In this document: positions 1 through 8,457 of the stretch, piece after piece | Layout of the letters: each line of letters opens with the position of its first letter | How positions within the stretch are numbered: position 1 is the stretch's first letter | IMG/VR virus record: IMGVR_UViG_3300025706_000016 | Origin: a virus | DNA: 32,866 bases | Direction: 5' to 3' (one strand) | The notes under the pieces: model-generated | Told to the model about the DNA's origin: nothing | Databases searched by the model: none | Seen by the model: the letters and a program-made list of their open reading frames with translations, nothing else | Position numbers and translations under genes: made by a program

Positions 1-45
1 AGCCCTTACTAGATTCAATCCTGAGTTCATAAATAAAGAAGGAAA
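1..45. repeat. Terminal direct repeat, copy 1 (identical to 32822-32866); circular-closure overlap or terminal redundancy
   Basis: agcccttactagattcaatcctgagttcataaataaagaaggaaa occurs at both window ends, 45/45 identical. Confidence 0.95.
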
Positions 46-430
46 GAAAACTACTCTCTTCAACTATATCTCTCTTGTAGCTAAACGCTCAATCATGTTC
101 TATACATTAAAACAATCAGCTCACCATGCATCATCAATGCACGAAAACCAATCAATAGAAGATATAGACATCCCAACAGAAGATAACAACCATAAATCAA
201 TAACAAACATGATAATAAAAACTATCAAACAACAAAACCTATGTAAAAGATCAGAGAGTATAATGATAAACATGGCTCACGACTTCAACGACATTCTAAT
301 CACTAAAAGAGCTTACTCTAAAAGAGAAATGTTCTCTATCCTCAAACAAAAATATATACCAGGCAGAATACGACAGTTCATTGCTATTATTGAAAATATA
401 AAAAAAGAACTATATGATGCACTATCCTGA
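1..430 (+). CDS. Sigma-70-family-like (ECF/phage-type) transcription factor, C-terminal part of an ORF that wraps the circular junction (N-terminus at 32634)
   Basis: The frame starting at base 2 is open with no stop up to TGA 428-430. Through the 45-bp repeat it is in frame with ATG 32634. 188 + 430 = 618 nt gives 205 aa. EDIQGVAIEAVLSALTRFNP...LFNYISLVAKRSI resembles sigma region 2. Confidence 0.5.
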   Translation, partial: ALTRFNPEFINKEGKKTTLFNYISLVAKRSIMFYTLKQSAHHASSMHENQSIEDIDIPTEDNNHKSITNMIIKTIKQQNLCKRSESIMINMAHDFNDILITKRAYSKREMFSILKQKYIPGRIRQFIAIIENIKKELYDALS

Positions 431-463
431 GAAGATAAATATATCATCTTAGTGGAGGTCATT

Positions 464-676
464 ATGTGCTGTTTTCTTGATTCTCTCTCCCATAGAGTAT
501 GGCAACTAAAAAAAACTGCTCTATACATAAACCCAAAATGCTTCTTCTGCCACGCTAAAGCAACAGATATAATACATAAAAACAAACCAACTACACAAGA
601 TGAAATATATGATATACATAATATTTTATCAGTATGTGAAATATGTAAATCTAAGCACGATAAATGTCTAAGATAA
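464..676 (+). CDS. Small HNH (His-Me finger) endonuclease, terminase-associated
   Basis: GGAGG at 454-458 lies 5 nt before ATG 464. The pattern CFFC...DIIH...HNILSVCEICKSKH has two CxxC pairs plus His/Asn, as in HNH. It sits directly upstream of terS/terL. The track start GTG 452 is less likely. Confidence 0.6.
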   Translation: MCCFLDSLSHRVWQLKKTALYINPKCFFCHAKATDIIHKNKPTTQDEIYDIHNILSVCEICKSKHDKCLR

Positions 677-682
677 GTTGTT

Positions 683-1165
683 ATGAAACAGTTAAATAAT
701 GATAATCTACTTACTCATGCCAAGAAAGCTCTTGAGGATAAAGAGAGGAGAGAGTTTGAAATAGGTGTAAGACCTATGACTGATAAAGAAAGAGATTTTC
801 TTTATGAGTATTTCAAGACAGGTAGGTCTGGTGCTTCTTATTGTAAAGTATTTGGAACACAGAATAAGGGAGTAGCTTCAGTTTTAGCCAATCGTCTTAT
901 TAAATCATTCGGATTCAAATATGATGAAATATTAGCATTACATGGTCATAGCATGCAAGATGTATTTCAAGTTCTCAATAAGCTGAAAACAGATAATCCG
1001 TCGGATTATGTTAAGTATATGATAAAGTTCTTAGGCGTAGAAAAAGCACAAACTCAAATCAATATTCAGAATAACACAATCCAACCCCCTACAATCAATA
1101 TAGTAAATAATGAGCAACTATTATATTCCAACAATAATCCAGAAGCTATTTCAATCTCAGAATAG
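683..1165 (+). CDS. terS: Terminase small subunit
   Basis: MTDKERDFLYEYFKTGRSGASYCKVFG...VLANRLIK matches the N-terminal HTH pattern of Terminase_2-type small subunits. Position immediately before terL. Confidence 0.7.
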   Translation: MKQLNNDNLLTHAKKALEDKERREFEIGVRPMTDKERDFLYEYFKTGRSGASYCKVFGTQNKGVASVLANRLIKSFGFKYDEILALHGHSMQDVFQVLNKLKTDNPSDYVKYMIKFLGVEKAQTQINIQNNTIQPPTINIVNNEQLLYSNNNPEAISISE

Positions 1166-2372
1166 ATACAAAGTAGCTTATGGTGGAAGATCCTCAGGTA
1201 AGAGCTTTGCATTTGCAGCAGAAGCTATAATCTATGCACTTGAACACCCTAAATCAAGAATATTATGCTGTAGAGGTTATCAAAATAAAATAGAGGAAAG
1301 CTCATTACAAACTCTAAAAACCGTAATCATTCTAATGGAGTTAGAGGACTACTTTAATATAACAGAGAAAACCCTATCATGCAAAAACGGCAGTGAGTTT
1401 ATATTCTATGGCTTACAAAACTATATGACTTTGAAATCTCTACAATCTATTGATATCACTTGGGTAGATGAAGCTGCTGAAATAAAAGCTGAAGCTTGGA
1501 TATATCTCATCCCTACAGTTATTAGAAAACCAGGATCAGAGCTATGGATAAGCTTTAACCCTGATAAAGATGATGATTGGGTATATCAAAACTTTGTTCT
1601 ATCTAATCCATTTAATGCTGAAGTAGTTAAAATAAACTATTATGATAATGCTCTATGCCCACAAGAAAGTATTGATTTAGCTAACATATCCAAAGAGAAT
1701 GATTTATTGATGTATAACCATATATGGGAAGGTGATATTATAGTTGAAAATCCTCATGCTTTATGGAAGAGAGGATGGATAAAATATACAGATAGTTCTT
1801 TTAATATAAAAGATTTATCAAAGATAATAGTGAGTATAGACCCATCAGGGACTAATAATCCAGGTTCTGATGAAGTGGGTATAGTGGTAGCTGGAAGATT
1901 AGGTTTAGATCCAAGAAACTGTTTTTTTATAGTGTTAGGTGATTATTCAGGCAAGTATTCACCTGCATCTTGGGCTGAAAGAGGTGTTAGTTTATATGAG
2001 ATGTGGAATGCTGACTATATTGTTTATGAGAAAAACTATGGCGGTGATATAGTAAGGGACTTGTTTAGAAAAACAGCTCCGCTTATTCCACTTAGAGAAA
2101 CTTGGTCTTCAAAGGGTAAGCTGATAAGAGCAACTCCAGTTTCAACTTTATATGAGTTAGATAGAGTGAGACATATAAAAGCATTTCCACTTATGGAGAA
2201 AGAAATGCTTTTATATGATGGAACTGGAAGATCACCAAACAGATTAGATGCTTTAGTATTTGCTCTTACTGATTTATCAGCTGCAGCAAGAGCACCAAAT
2301 AATATGACTGCAGTTAAACCTACTTCTTTAGCAAGACCAAAGCTTCCACCTATTGGTCAAAGAGTTTATTAA
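1110..2372 (+). CDS. terL: Terminase large subunit (PBSX / Terminase_3-like)
   Basis: Walker A YKVAYGGRSSGKS and Walker B-like ITWVDEA. 420 aa. C-terminal nuclease-like half. Overlaps terS by 56 nt. Confidence 0.9.
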   Translation: MSNYYIPTIIQKLFQSQNRYKVAYGGRSSGKSFAFAAEAIIYALEHPKSRILCCRGYQNKIEESSLQTLKTVIILMELEDYFNITEKTLSCKNGSEFIFYGLQNYMTLKSLQSIDITWVDEAAEIKAEAWIYLIPTVIRKPGSELWISFNPDKDDDWVYQNFVLSNPFNAEVVKINYYDNALCPQESIDLANISKENDLLMYNHIWEGDIIVENPHALWKRGWIKYTDSSFNIKDLSKIIVSIDPSGTNNPGSDEVGIVVAGRLGLDPRNCFFIVLGDYSGKYSPASWAERGVSLYEMWNADYIVYEKNYGGDIVRDLFRKTAPLIPLRETWSSKGKLIRATPVSTLYELDRVRHIKAFPLMEKEMLLYDGTGRSPNRLDALVFALTDLSAAARAPNNMTAVKPTSLARPKLPPIGQRVY

Positions 2373-2381
2373 GGAGGATAC

Positions 2382-3737
2382 ATGGATAGTTCTAACTTAT
2401 CAATATATGAATCCAAGTTTATGCAAGGAAAAGGAGCTACCTTCAAAAAGTTTATTGACTATTATGATGGTAAATGCCCTATTTATTATAGGAAACCTCT
2501 TTCTCCACTTAAACAAGATTCACAGGTGAATATTCACAGTGATTTCTTTAACGACATTGTGAATCTTAAAACAGGGTATTTTGGTTCAGGCATAAACACT
2601 ATACTTACAGCCCCTGAAGAAAATAAACAAGCTTGGTATGACAGCTTTCTTAAAAGAAATAACATGCCAGCTAAAAACGCAGAAACAACTAAAATGACTT
2701 CAACATGTGGTCTATCTTCAAGATTATTATATGTCCATAATGGCGAAATCTATATCAGAAATCTACCAGCAACAGACGTAATCTATGAATATGAACACGA
2801 CATCCTTAACCCATCTAAAGCAATAGTTTATTATTCTACTCAAGATTTATTAGGACAAACTCATTGGTATTGCGATGTATATGACCAACAGATGGTTTAT
2901 TTCTTTGAGAAACTCCCTTCAGCAGATGCTAATAAATCAGGCGTTTATACACCAAGAGCTAATATAGAAGGTAAAACAGAAGCACCACACTTATTCAATG
3001 AAATCCCTGTAATAGCATTTCAAAATAATGCTGAGTTAAAGAGCAACTGTTATATGACATTAGATATGATGGATGCTTATGATGAAGTTATGTCTGATGC
3101 AGCTTCAGAGATTAAAGCTTCAAGAAATGCTTATCTAAAAATCTTTGGCGATTTATATACAGGTGTAGATTCAGATGGTCAGCCAATAAATCTTACTGAT
3201 GCATTAAGAGAAATGAACGCTTTAGTATTTGGACAATCAGATGATGGAACAAGACATGGTGATGCAGAGTTCTTACAGAAAACATTAGATCATCAAGCTA
3301 TATCTGCAATGCTTACTTTATTAAGAACCCAAATCTATGAACAATCTAACTCAATAGATATAAGGGATTTGATGTCTAATGCTAACCAAAGAGTATTCAC
3401 AACTAAAATAGCTATGATGAGATTTGAAGCAGATGCTCAACAAACAGAAACTTTCTTCAATGCTGCACTTAATAAACAAAATAGATTATTAGCTCAATAT
3501 GCTGCAAATGCTGATAATATAGATTTGAAAGAAGAGGACTTTAGAAACATCTTTACAAGAGTATTCCCACAAGATCTTCAAGCAGTAGCTTCTACTTTCA
3601 CATCCTTACTTGCTGCGTCTCTTCCAGTTAAAACAGCTTTAGAGTTATCTGAGATTGTTTCTTCAGATAAAGTTGATGAGATAGCTATGCAAATAGAAGA
3701 ACAAGGCAGTGCTCTCCCTGTTGAGGTTGAAGAATGA
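2382..3737 (+). CDS. Portal protein (SPP1 gp6-like)
   Basis: AAGGAGG RBS. 451 aa directly after terL. The N-terminal FIDYYDG...FFNDIVNLKTGYFGSGI pattern is typical of SPP1-family portals. Confidence 0.85.
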   Translation: MDSSNLSIYESKFMQGKGATFKKFIDYYDGKCPIYYRKPLSPLKQDSQVNIHSDFFNDIVNLKTGYFGSGINTILTAPEENKQAWYDSFLKRNNMPAKNAETTKMTSTCGLSSRLLYVHNGEIYIRNLPATDVIYEYEHDILNPSKAIVYYSTQDLLGQTHWYCDVYDQQMVYFFEKLPSADANKSGVYTPRANIEGKTEAPHLFNEIPVIAFQNNAELKSNCYMTLDMMDAYDEVMSDAASEIKASRNAYLKIFGDLYTGVDSDGQPINLTDALREMNALVFGQSDDGTRHGDAEFLQKTLDHQAISAMLTLLRTQIYEQSNSIDIRDLMSNANQRVFTTKIAMMRFEADAQQTETFFNAALNKQNRLLAQYAANADNIDLKEEDFRNIFTRVFPQDLQAVASTFTSLLAASLPVKTALELSEIVSSDKVDEIAMQIEEQGSALPVEVEE

Positions 3738-4435
3738 CATTATTAGAGAATGTAGCCAAGTTTATAAGAGCCCTATGGAAAGAAGTAAAACTCTTAACAG
3801 GAGTAGCTCTTCCATATGATAAAGCAACGATTGAATCGATTATCACTTCACAACTTGAACCTATATTCGCTGAAATGTTTAGATTAGGAAGAGAAATAGA
3901 TTATGATATAGTAGATAAAAACATATCTAATCTGATTAAGAGGTATAATGTTCCTGTAAAATATGATAGGTATTTATTGGATAGAGTAAATGGTAAGAGT
4001 ATATTTAGTGGATATTTTGATGAAGCTTATTATGATTTATACAGCAAGAGTGAGATTGATAAAATCAAAAGGACTATATTAAGAGCCAAGTATAGTGATA
4101 TGAGCGAGAAAGAGTTGAGGACTATATTGAAAGCTGATTTTCGTATGACAGAGAAGAGAGCTCAGATTATAGCAAGAGGTGAGTTGCAGAGATTAGATAT
4201 AGCGGCAGCTGAAATATATTATGAACAACCTGAAGTAAAACAAGGATATGATTTAGTATGGCAAACAGCAGGTGATGATAAAGTTCGTCCTGCACATGCT
4301 GAGATGGATGGTAAGAAGGCAGATAAAGATGGTTATTTTGATTCACCTACATGGGGCAAAATAAGAGGACCATCTGATATTCCTTATCCACAGAATATAA
4401 ACTGTAGATGTAAGGTTATTTTTGTTAAAAGATAA
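3734..4435 (+). CDS. Head morphogenesis protein (SPP1 gp7 / Mu F-like)
   Basis: ATGA overlap with the portal stop. C-terminal VRPAHAEMDGK...NCRC is the Phage_Mu_F signature. Confidence 0.85.
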   Translation: MTLLENVAKFIRALWKEVKLLTGVALPYDKATIESIITSQLEPIFAEMFRLGREIDYDIVDKNISNLIKRYNVPVKYDRYLLDRVNGKSIFSGYFDEAYYDLYSKSEIDKIKRTILRAKYSDMSEKELRTILKADFRMTEKRAQIIARGELQRLDIAAAEIYYEQPEVKQGYDLVWQTAGDDKVRPAHAEMDGKKADKDGYFDSPTWGKIRGPSDIPYPQNINCRCKVIFVKR

Positions 4436-4501
4436 ATATTATTAGAAAGATAATATACTGGTCATAGGGGTAAAACGCTATGAGCGGAAAGGAGATAACA
4501 A

Positions 4502-5140
4502 ATGACAATAGAAGAGATCAAAGTATTTTTGCAAGAGAATAAAGACAAAGAGGAGATTAAAACGTTTATTTCTTCCTTATCAGAAAAGGTGACGTATGAT
4601 AAGGTTATGGCTGATCCTGAAATAAAGAAAGCTATTATAGCAGATCAGGATAGGGCTATACAGAAAGCTGTTGAAAACTATAAGAATGAACATCTTCCTA
4701 AAAGAGTAGAAGAGGAAATAAAGAAGAGAGGTGAGAAACAACCTTGGGAGATAGAGATTGCTAAACTTCAAGAACAGTTAGCAGCAAGAGATAAAGAAGC
4801 AAAGCTTGCTCTTGTTAAATCCAAAGTATTGGAGAGAATAGGGAGTAAGAATCTTCCAGTTTCTATTGCTGATTATATTCTTGATGAGGATGAAGAAAAA
4901 GCTTATAGTAAGTTTGAAGAGCTTGCAAAACACTTTGAGGATTATGCTCTTAAAGTAAAGCAAGAAGCATTGAAGAGTTATTCTACAGCCCCAGCAGGTA
5001 ATCAGAATAAACTGGTTCCTAATGTAGGTAACACAAATGATATATTGCCAGATTTAGGAGATAACGCTTCCAAAGATGATTATAAAAATGCCCTTATAGC
5101 AAAGGGCGGTATTAAAGCTTTATTAAACGATAAAAAATAG
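4502..5140 (+). CDS. Scaffolding protein
   Basis: Highly charged, coiled-coil-like 212-aa ORF between the MuF-like and capsid genes. AAGGAG RBS. Confidence 0.65.
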   Translation: MTIEEIKVFLQENKDKEEIKTFISSLSEKVTYDKVMADPEIKKAIIADQDRAIQKAVENYKNEHLPKRVEEEIKKRGEKQPWEIEIAKLQEQLAARDKEAKLALVKSKVLERIGSKNLPVSIADYILDEDEEKAYSKFEELAKHFEDYALKVKQEALKSYSTAPAGNQNKLVPNVGNTNDILPDLGDNASKDDYKNALIAKGGIKALLNDKK

Positions 5141-5154
5141 GAGATTATTACAAT

Positions 5155-5994
5155 ATGGCAGGTATAACAAACTTAAACGAAAAATGGTCAAGTATTATTG
5201 AGCTTGCTGCACAAGAGCAATCAATAATCGGACAAGTTACTTCTGGACTTTATGCTCCAGACGCTACTGGAACAAAAGTAGTTCATATGAGAAGCATTGG
5301 TGCTCCATCTGTTACTACATATAACCCAGCTGGTGCTGATCTTACTTATTCTGATCTTACAGACGCAGTCATTGACTTAGATATGAACATCTACAAAGAG
5401 TTCCACTTCAAAGTTGAAGACATTCACGCCGCACAATACAATCTTTCATTAGATGTTCCAGCTCTTGCTCAAGCAGGTAATGCTTTAGCTATTGAAGCTG
5501 ACAAATCTGCATTTGCTCTTTATGGTAGTGCAGGAACAACCATTGCTGGTGCTCTTGGTGTGGTTTTTGAAATCAACTCTTCAAATGTTGAGGATTATCT
5601 TTTCGAAGCAAAAGAAACCCTTGATGAAAAGAATGCTGGAGCTGATAGAGTTATTGTAGTTCCATCTTGGATGACAACCAAAATGGTTCAAGCTAAACTC
5701 GTAGTTCCTTCTGTTGATGCTAATGGTGCTTATAATGATGGTTTCATTGGTAGAGTAGCAGGTTTCACTGTTTATCAATCCAACCAACTTGCTGGTGCAA
5801 AATCAACTGGTCATTACATTATGGCTTTCACACGCAGAGCTATTCCATTCGCTTCTCAAATCCAATCAACTGAAACTATTCGTCTTCAAGGTAAGTTTGC
5901 AACAGCTTATCGTGGCTTATATGTTTATGGTGTTGGTATTCGTCATGCTGATGAAGTAGTTTCCATCTTCGGAAAACCAGTAGCTAATGCTTAA
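5155..5994 (+). CDS. Major capsid protein (HK97-fold expected)
   Basis: 279 aa, position after the scaffold gene, highly biased codon use, followed by a strong hairpin terminator. Confidence 0.8.
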   Translation: MAGITNLNEKWSSIIELAAQEQSIIGQVTSGLYAPDATGTKVVHMRSIGAPSVTTYNPAGADLTYSDLTDAVIDLDMNIYKEFHFKVEDIHAAQYNLSLDVPALAQAGNALAIEADKSAFALYGSAGTTIAGALGVVFEINSSNVEDYLFEAKETLDEKNAGADRVIVVPSWMTTKMVQAKLVVPSVDANGAYNDGFIGRVAGFTVYQSNQLAGAKSTGHYIMAFTRRAIPFASQIQSTETIRLQGKFATAYRGLYVYGVGIRHADEVVSIFGKPVANA

Positions 5995-6001
5995 TCTAAT
6001 A

Positions 6002-6025
6002 ATGGGGGCGTTAAGCCCCCATTTA
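6002..6025 (+). terminator. Hairpin terminator after the capsid gene
   Basis: atgggggc-gttaa-gcccccat stem-loop followed by ttta. Near-identical to the hairpin at 25376-25396. Confidence 0.7.
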
Positions 6026-6062
6026 TCCAATCTTTTCTTTTCTTATCTTATAGGAGTATAAT

Positions 6063-7784
6063 ATGGATAATATAAACATTGTTCGTGGTTTAGCTATTGA
6101 TAGAAAACCATTTGAACTATCAGGAAGCGGAACTGCATCTTCATCTGGTGCAGTTATAGCAACAGTTGCAAACGCTGCAACTTATATGCCTACTGATATT
6201 GATACACTTACAAAACTTAAAGTAAATAGCACAGATACAGACGATGATTCTCATTATGACGGTGTCAAAGAAAAACTTGTTGAAGAATATTCTATTGGTG
6301 GAGATCCTGCTACTTCTGGAACTACTACATTCACTATCACATCTTCTGCATCAGATGCCACTGCAGCAAGCTTATCTATTCCATTTGAAGGAACATATAC
6401 AGCACCTATTGCAAGTGGTGATTCTGCTTCTGTCATTGCAGGTAAAATAAGAGCAATAGATATGTCTGAAAGTGATTTCACTCTTAGTGGCGAAGGCGCT
6501 GAAGTTATTGTAACAAGAACTGCTACAGGTAATAACATCCAGACTTATTTAGGTGTCGGATTAGAAATGGATGAAGGTGGTGGAACATTCTCTTTCGATG
6601 GTCCTGTTGTTGTTGATGGAACATATGAAGGTGGAGCAATGAGAGCTATTTATGCAGATATCCCAGGTGGTATTGAATCAAACACAGCAGGTGATATAAC
6701 TGTTTATTTCGGTAGTGCAACAGGAACCACCGTCACATTAGCAGAAAATGAAACTGTTCAAACATTAGCCACAAAGATAGCAGCACAAAAACCAACAGCA
6801 GATTGGTCAGTCTCAACTCCTGATATGGGTGGAGAAACTTATATTCTTCAAATCAGATATAACATACCAGAAGCAGTTGATGCTCCAATAAGTATTGATT
6901 ATGGAACTACTGGATTAAATGAAAGTGCTCAAAAAGTATATATCGCCGGTGTTGATGCAACTGGTGGAGAACTTGTTCCTGGTCCTATCAATGTTTATTT
7001 TAATAGCGCAACTGCTACAGTTATCCAAGCAGAAGAAGGTGATGAAGTAGCAGATATTTATACCAAGATTGCTGCAGCAGCTCCAACTGGATATACTGCT
7101 TCTTCAACAGGAAATATCACTATTGAGTGTGATGAAGATGGAGCACATGCAATCCACTTATCTGTTGATCTGTTAGACACTGGTATTACTAAATCTTCTT
7201 CAACTTTAACTGAAGGAACTGATTCTACTTCTGGAACTGGTGCAAGAACGGTTAAACTTTACTGTATTGGTAGTGGATCTACTCCATCAGCTTGTTATAA
7301 GACAGAGATTGTTTCATTAAATGGTCAATCTCAAGTAGAGACAACTGGTGAGTATTATTTCTGTTATCATTCAGAAGTTCTTACATCAGGTTCATCTAAA
7401 AAGAATGAAGGAGTAATCTATGTTGGAACTGGTGATCTTACTTCATATGTTCCTGATGTTGTTCATTCAGCCATAGCAGCAAACTCTTCTATATCAGAAG
7501 ATTATGCTATGCTTGTTCCAGTTGGACAAAAAGGATTTATTGAAAAGATTTCAGTTTCCAATCCATCTACTACTGAAATGCTTAAAATAGATATTGCTTA
7601 TAGAGGCAATGGTAAAGTTGGATTATTGAGAAAGGATTGGAATATTGTTCCTGGTAATACTGAAATAGAGTTTGAATATCCACTTTCTATTCCAGGTGGA
7701 ACATTAGTATATCCAATAGTCAAATCCACATCTGCAACTTCTCCAGTAAGTATTTCAACTTCTGGTTTGGTTGTTTATTCTTAA
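6063..7784 (+). CDS. Structural protein of unknown role with three internal ~70-90-aa repeats; candidate head decoration or fibre
   Basis: GGAG RBS. 573 aa. Repeats: SIPFEGTYTAPIASGDSASVIAGKIRA / ITVYFGSATGTTVTLAENETVQTLATKIAA / INVYFNSATATVIQAEEGDEVADIYTKIAA. Ala/Thr/Gly/Ser-rich. Confidence 0.8.
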   Translation: MDNINIVRGLAIDRKPFELSGSGTASSSGAVIATVANAATYMPTDIDTLTKLKVNSTDTDDDSHYDGVKEKLVEEYSIGGDPATSGTTTFTITSSASDATAASLSIPFEGTYTAPIASGDSASVIAGKIRAIDMSESDFTLSGEGAEVIVTRTATGNNIQTYLGVGLEMDEGGGTFSFDGPVVVDGTYEGGAMRAIYADIPGGIESNTAGDITVYFGSATGTTVTLAENETVQTLATKIAAQKPTADWSVSTPDMGGETYILQIRYNIPEAVDAPISIDYGTTGLNESAQKVYIAGVDATGGELVPGPINVYFNSATATVIQAEEGDEVADIYTKIAAAAPTGYTASSTGNITIECDEDGAHAIHLSVDLLDTGITKSSSTLTEGTDSTSGTGARTVKLYCIGSGSTPSACYKTEIVSLNGQSQVETTGEYYFCYHSEVLTSGSSKKNEGVIYVGTGDLTSYVPDVVHSAIAANSSISEDYAMLVPVGQKGFIEKISVSNPSTTEMLKIDIAYRGNGKVGLLRKDWNIVPGNTEIEFEYPLSIPGGTLVYPIVKSTSATSPVSISTSGLVVYS

Positions 7785-7796
7785 TAGGAGGGAATC

Positions 7797-8168
7797 ATGG
7801 CTGTAATAAAAATAAAAGAAGGAACCCGTGATGCTTTTGATGATGGATGGGACAGAACCTATTCTCTCAAGCTCTATAAAGCAACAACTCCATCAGCCGA
7901 TTCTGTTTTAACAGATTTCACTGAAGCAACAGCAACTGCTGGTTATTCTGCTAAAACACTATTATGGGCAGATGCATCTATCTCTTGGGATAGTGGATTA
8001 GGTAAATACAAAGCTGTATGGGCAGATCAAACTTGGAGTAGTGTTTCTGGATTAGTAGCAACAGGATGGTATATCGCTGATTCTACAAAAGCATTCGCAG
8101 CTGAAGCCAAGACACTTGGTTCAGATTATACCACATTGACAATCTCACCATCTATTATATTAGGATAA
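7797..8168 (+). CDS. Hypothetical structural protein
   Basis: AGGAGGG RBS. 123 aa. Followed by a hairpin. Confidence 0.7.
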   Translation: MAVIKIKEGTRDAFDDGWDRTYSLKLYKATTPSADSVLTDFTEATATAGYSAKTLLWADASISWDSGLGKYKAVWADQTWSSVSGLVATGWYIADSTKAFAAEAKTLGSDYTTLTISPSIILG

Positions 8169-8174
8169 ATCCAT

Positions 8175-8202
8175 AGGGGGAGTATAAGCTCCCCCTTATA
8201 TT
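8175..8202 (+). terminator. Hairpin terminator
   Basis: agggggag-tataag-ctccccct stem-loop followed by a T/A-rich tail. Confidence 0.6.
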
Positions 8203-8211
8203 GGAGGTTAT

Positions 8212-8454
8212 ATGATTCTCGTAGAAAAAAATACTAATCTAATCAAACATCAAGATTTGAACTATACTCTTGAAGACCATCAAGTTGTGGTTAAAGATTC
8301 CTATGACAATGTAAAGTTTATATTTGGTGATTTGAATAAGAATACTGCTTATACAGCCGATGTTTCACATATTGATTCTTTTATTGGTAATAAATATATT
8401 TATGAGAATGAAGAGGTTGTGTTGAATCCAGATTGGGTAGAGCCAGAGGTATAA
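8212..8454 (+). CDS. Hypothetical protein (80 aa)
   Basis: GGAGG RBS 5 nt upstream of the ATG. Confidence 0.65.
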   Translation: MILVEKNTNLIKHQDLNYTLEDHQVVVKDSYDNVKFIFGDLNKNTAYTADVSHIDSFIGNKYIYENEEVVLNPDWVEPEV

Positions 8455-8457
8455 GAT

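Noticed and set aside
6244-6450. Plus-strand 68-aa ORF nested in the 573-aa gene
   Set aside because: It is an alternative frame of a long, well-supported CDS. It has no RBS, and its Leu-rich sequence looks like a frame artefact.
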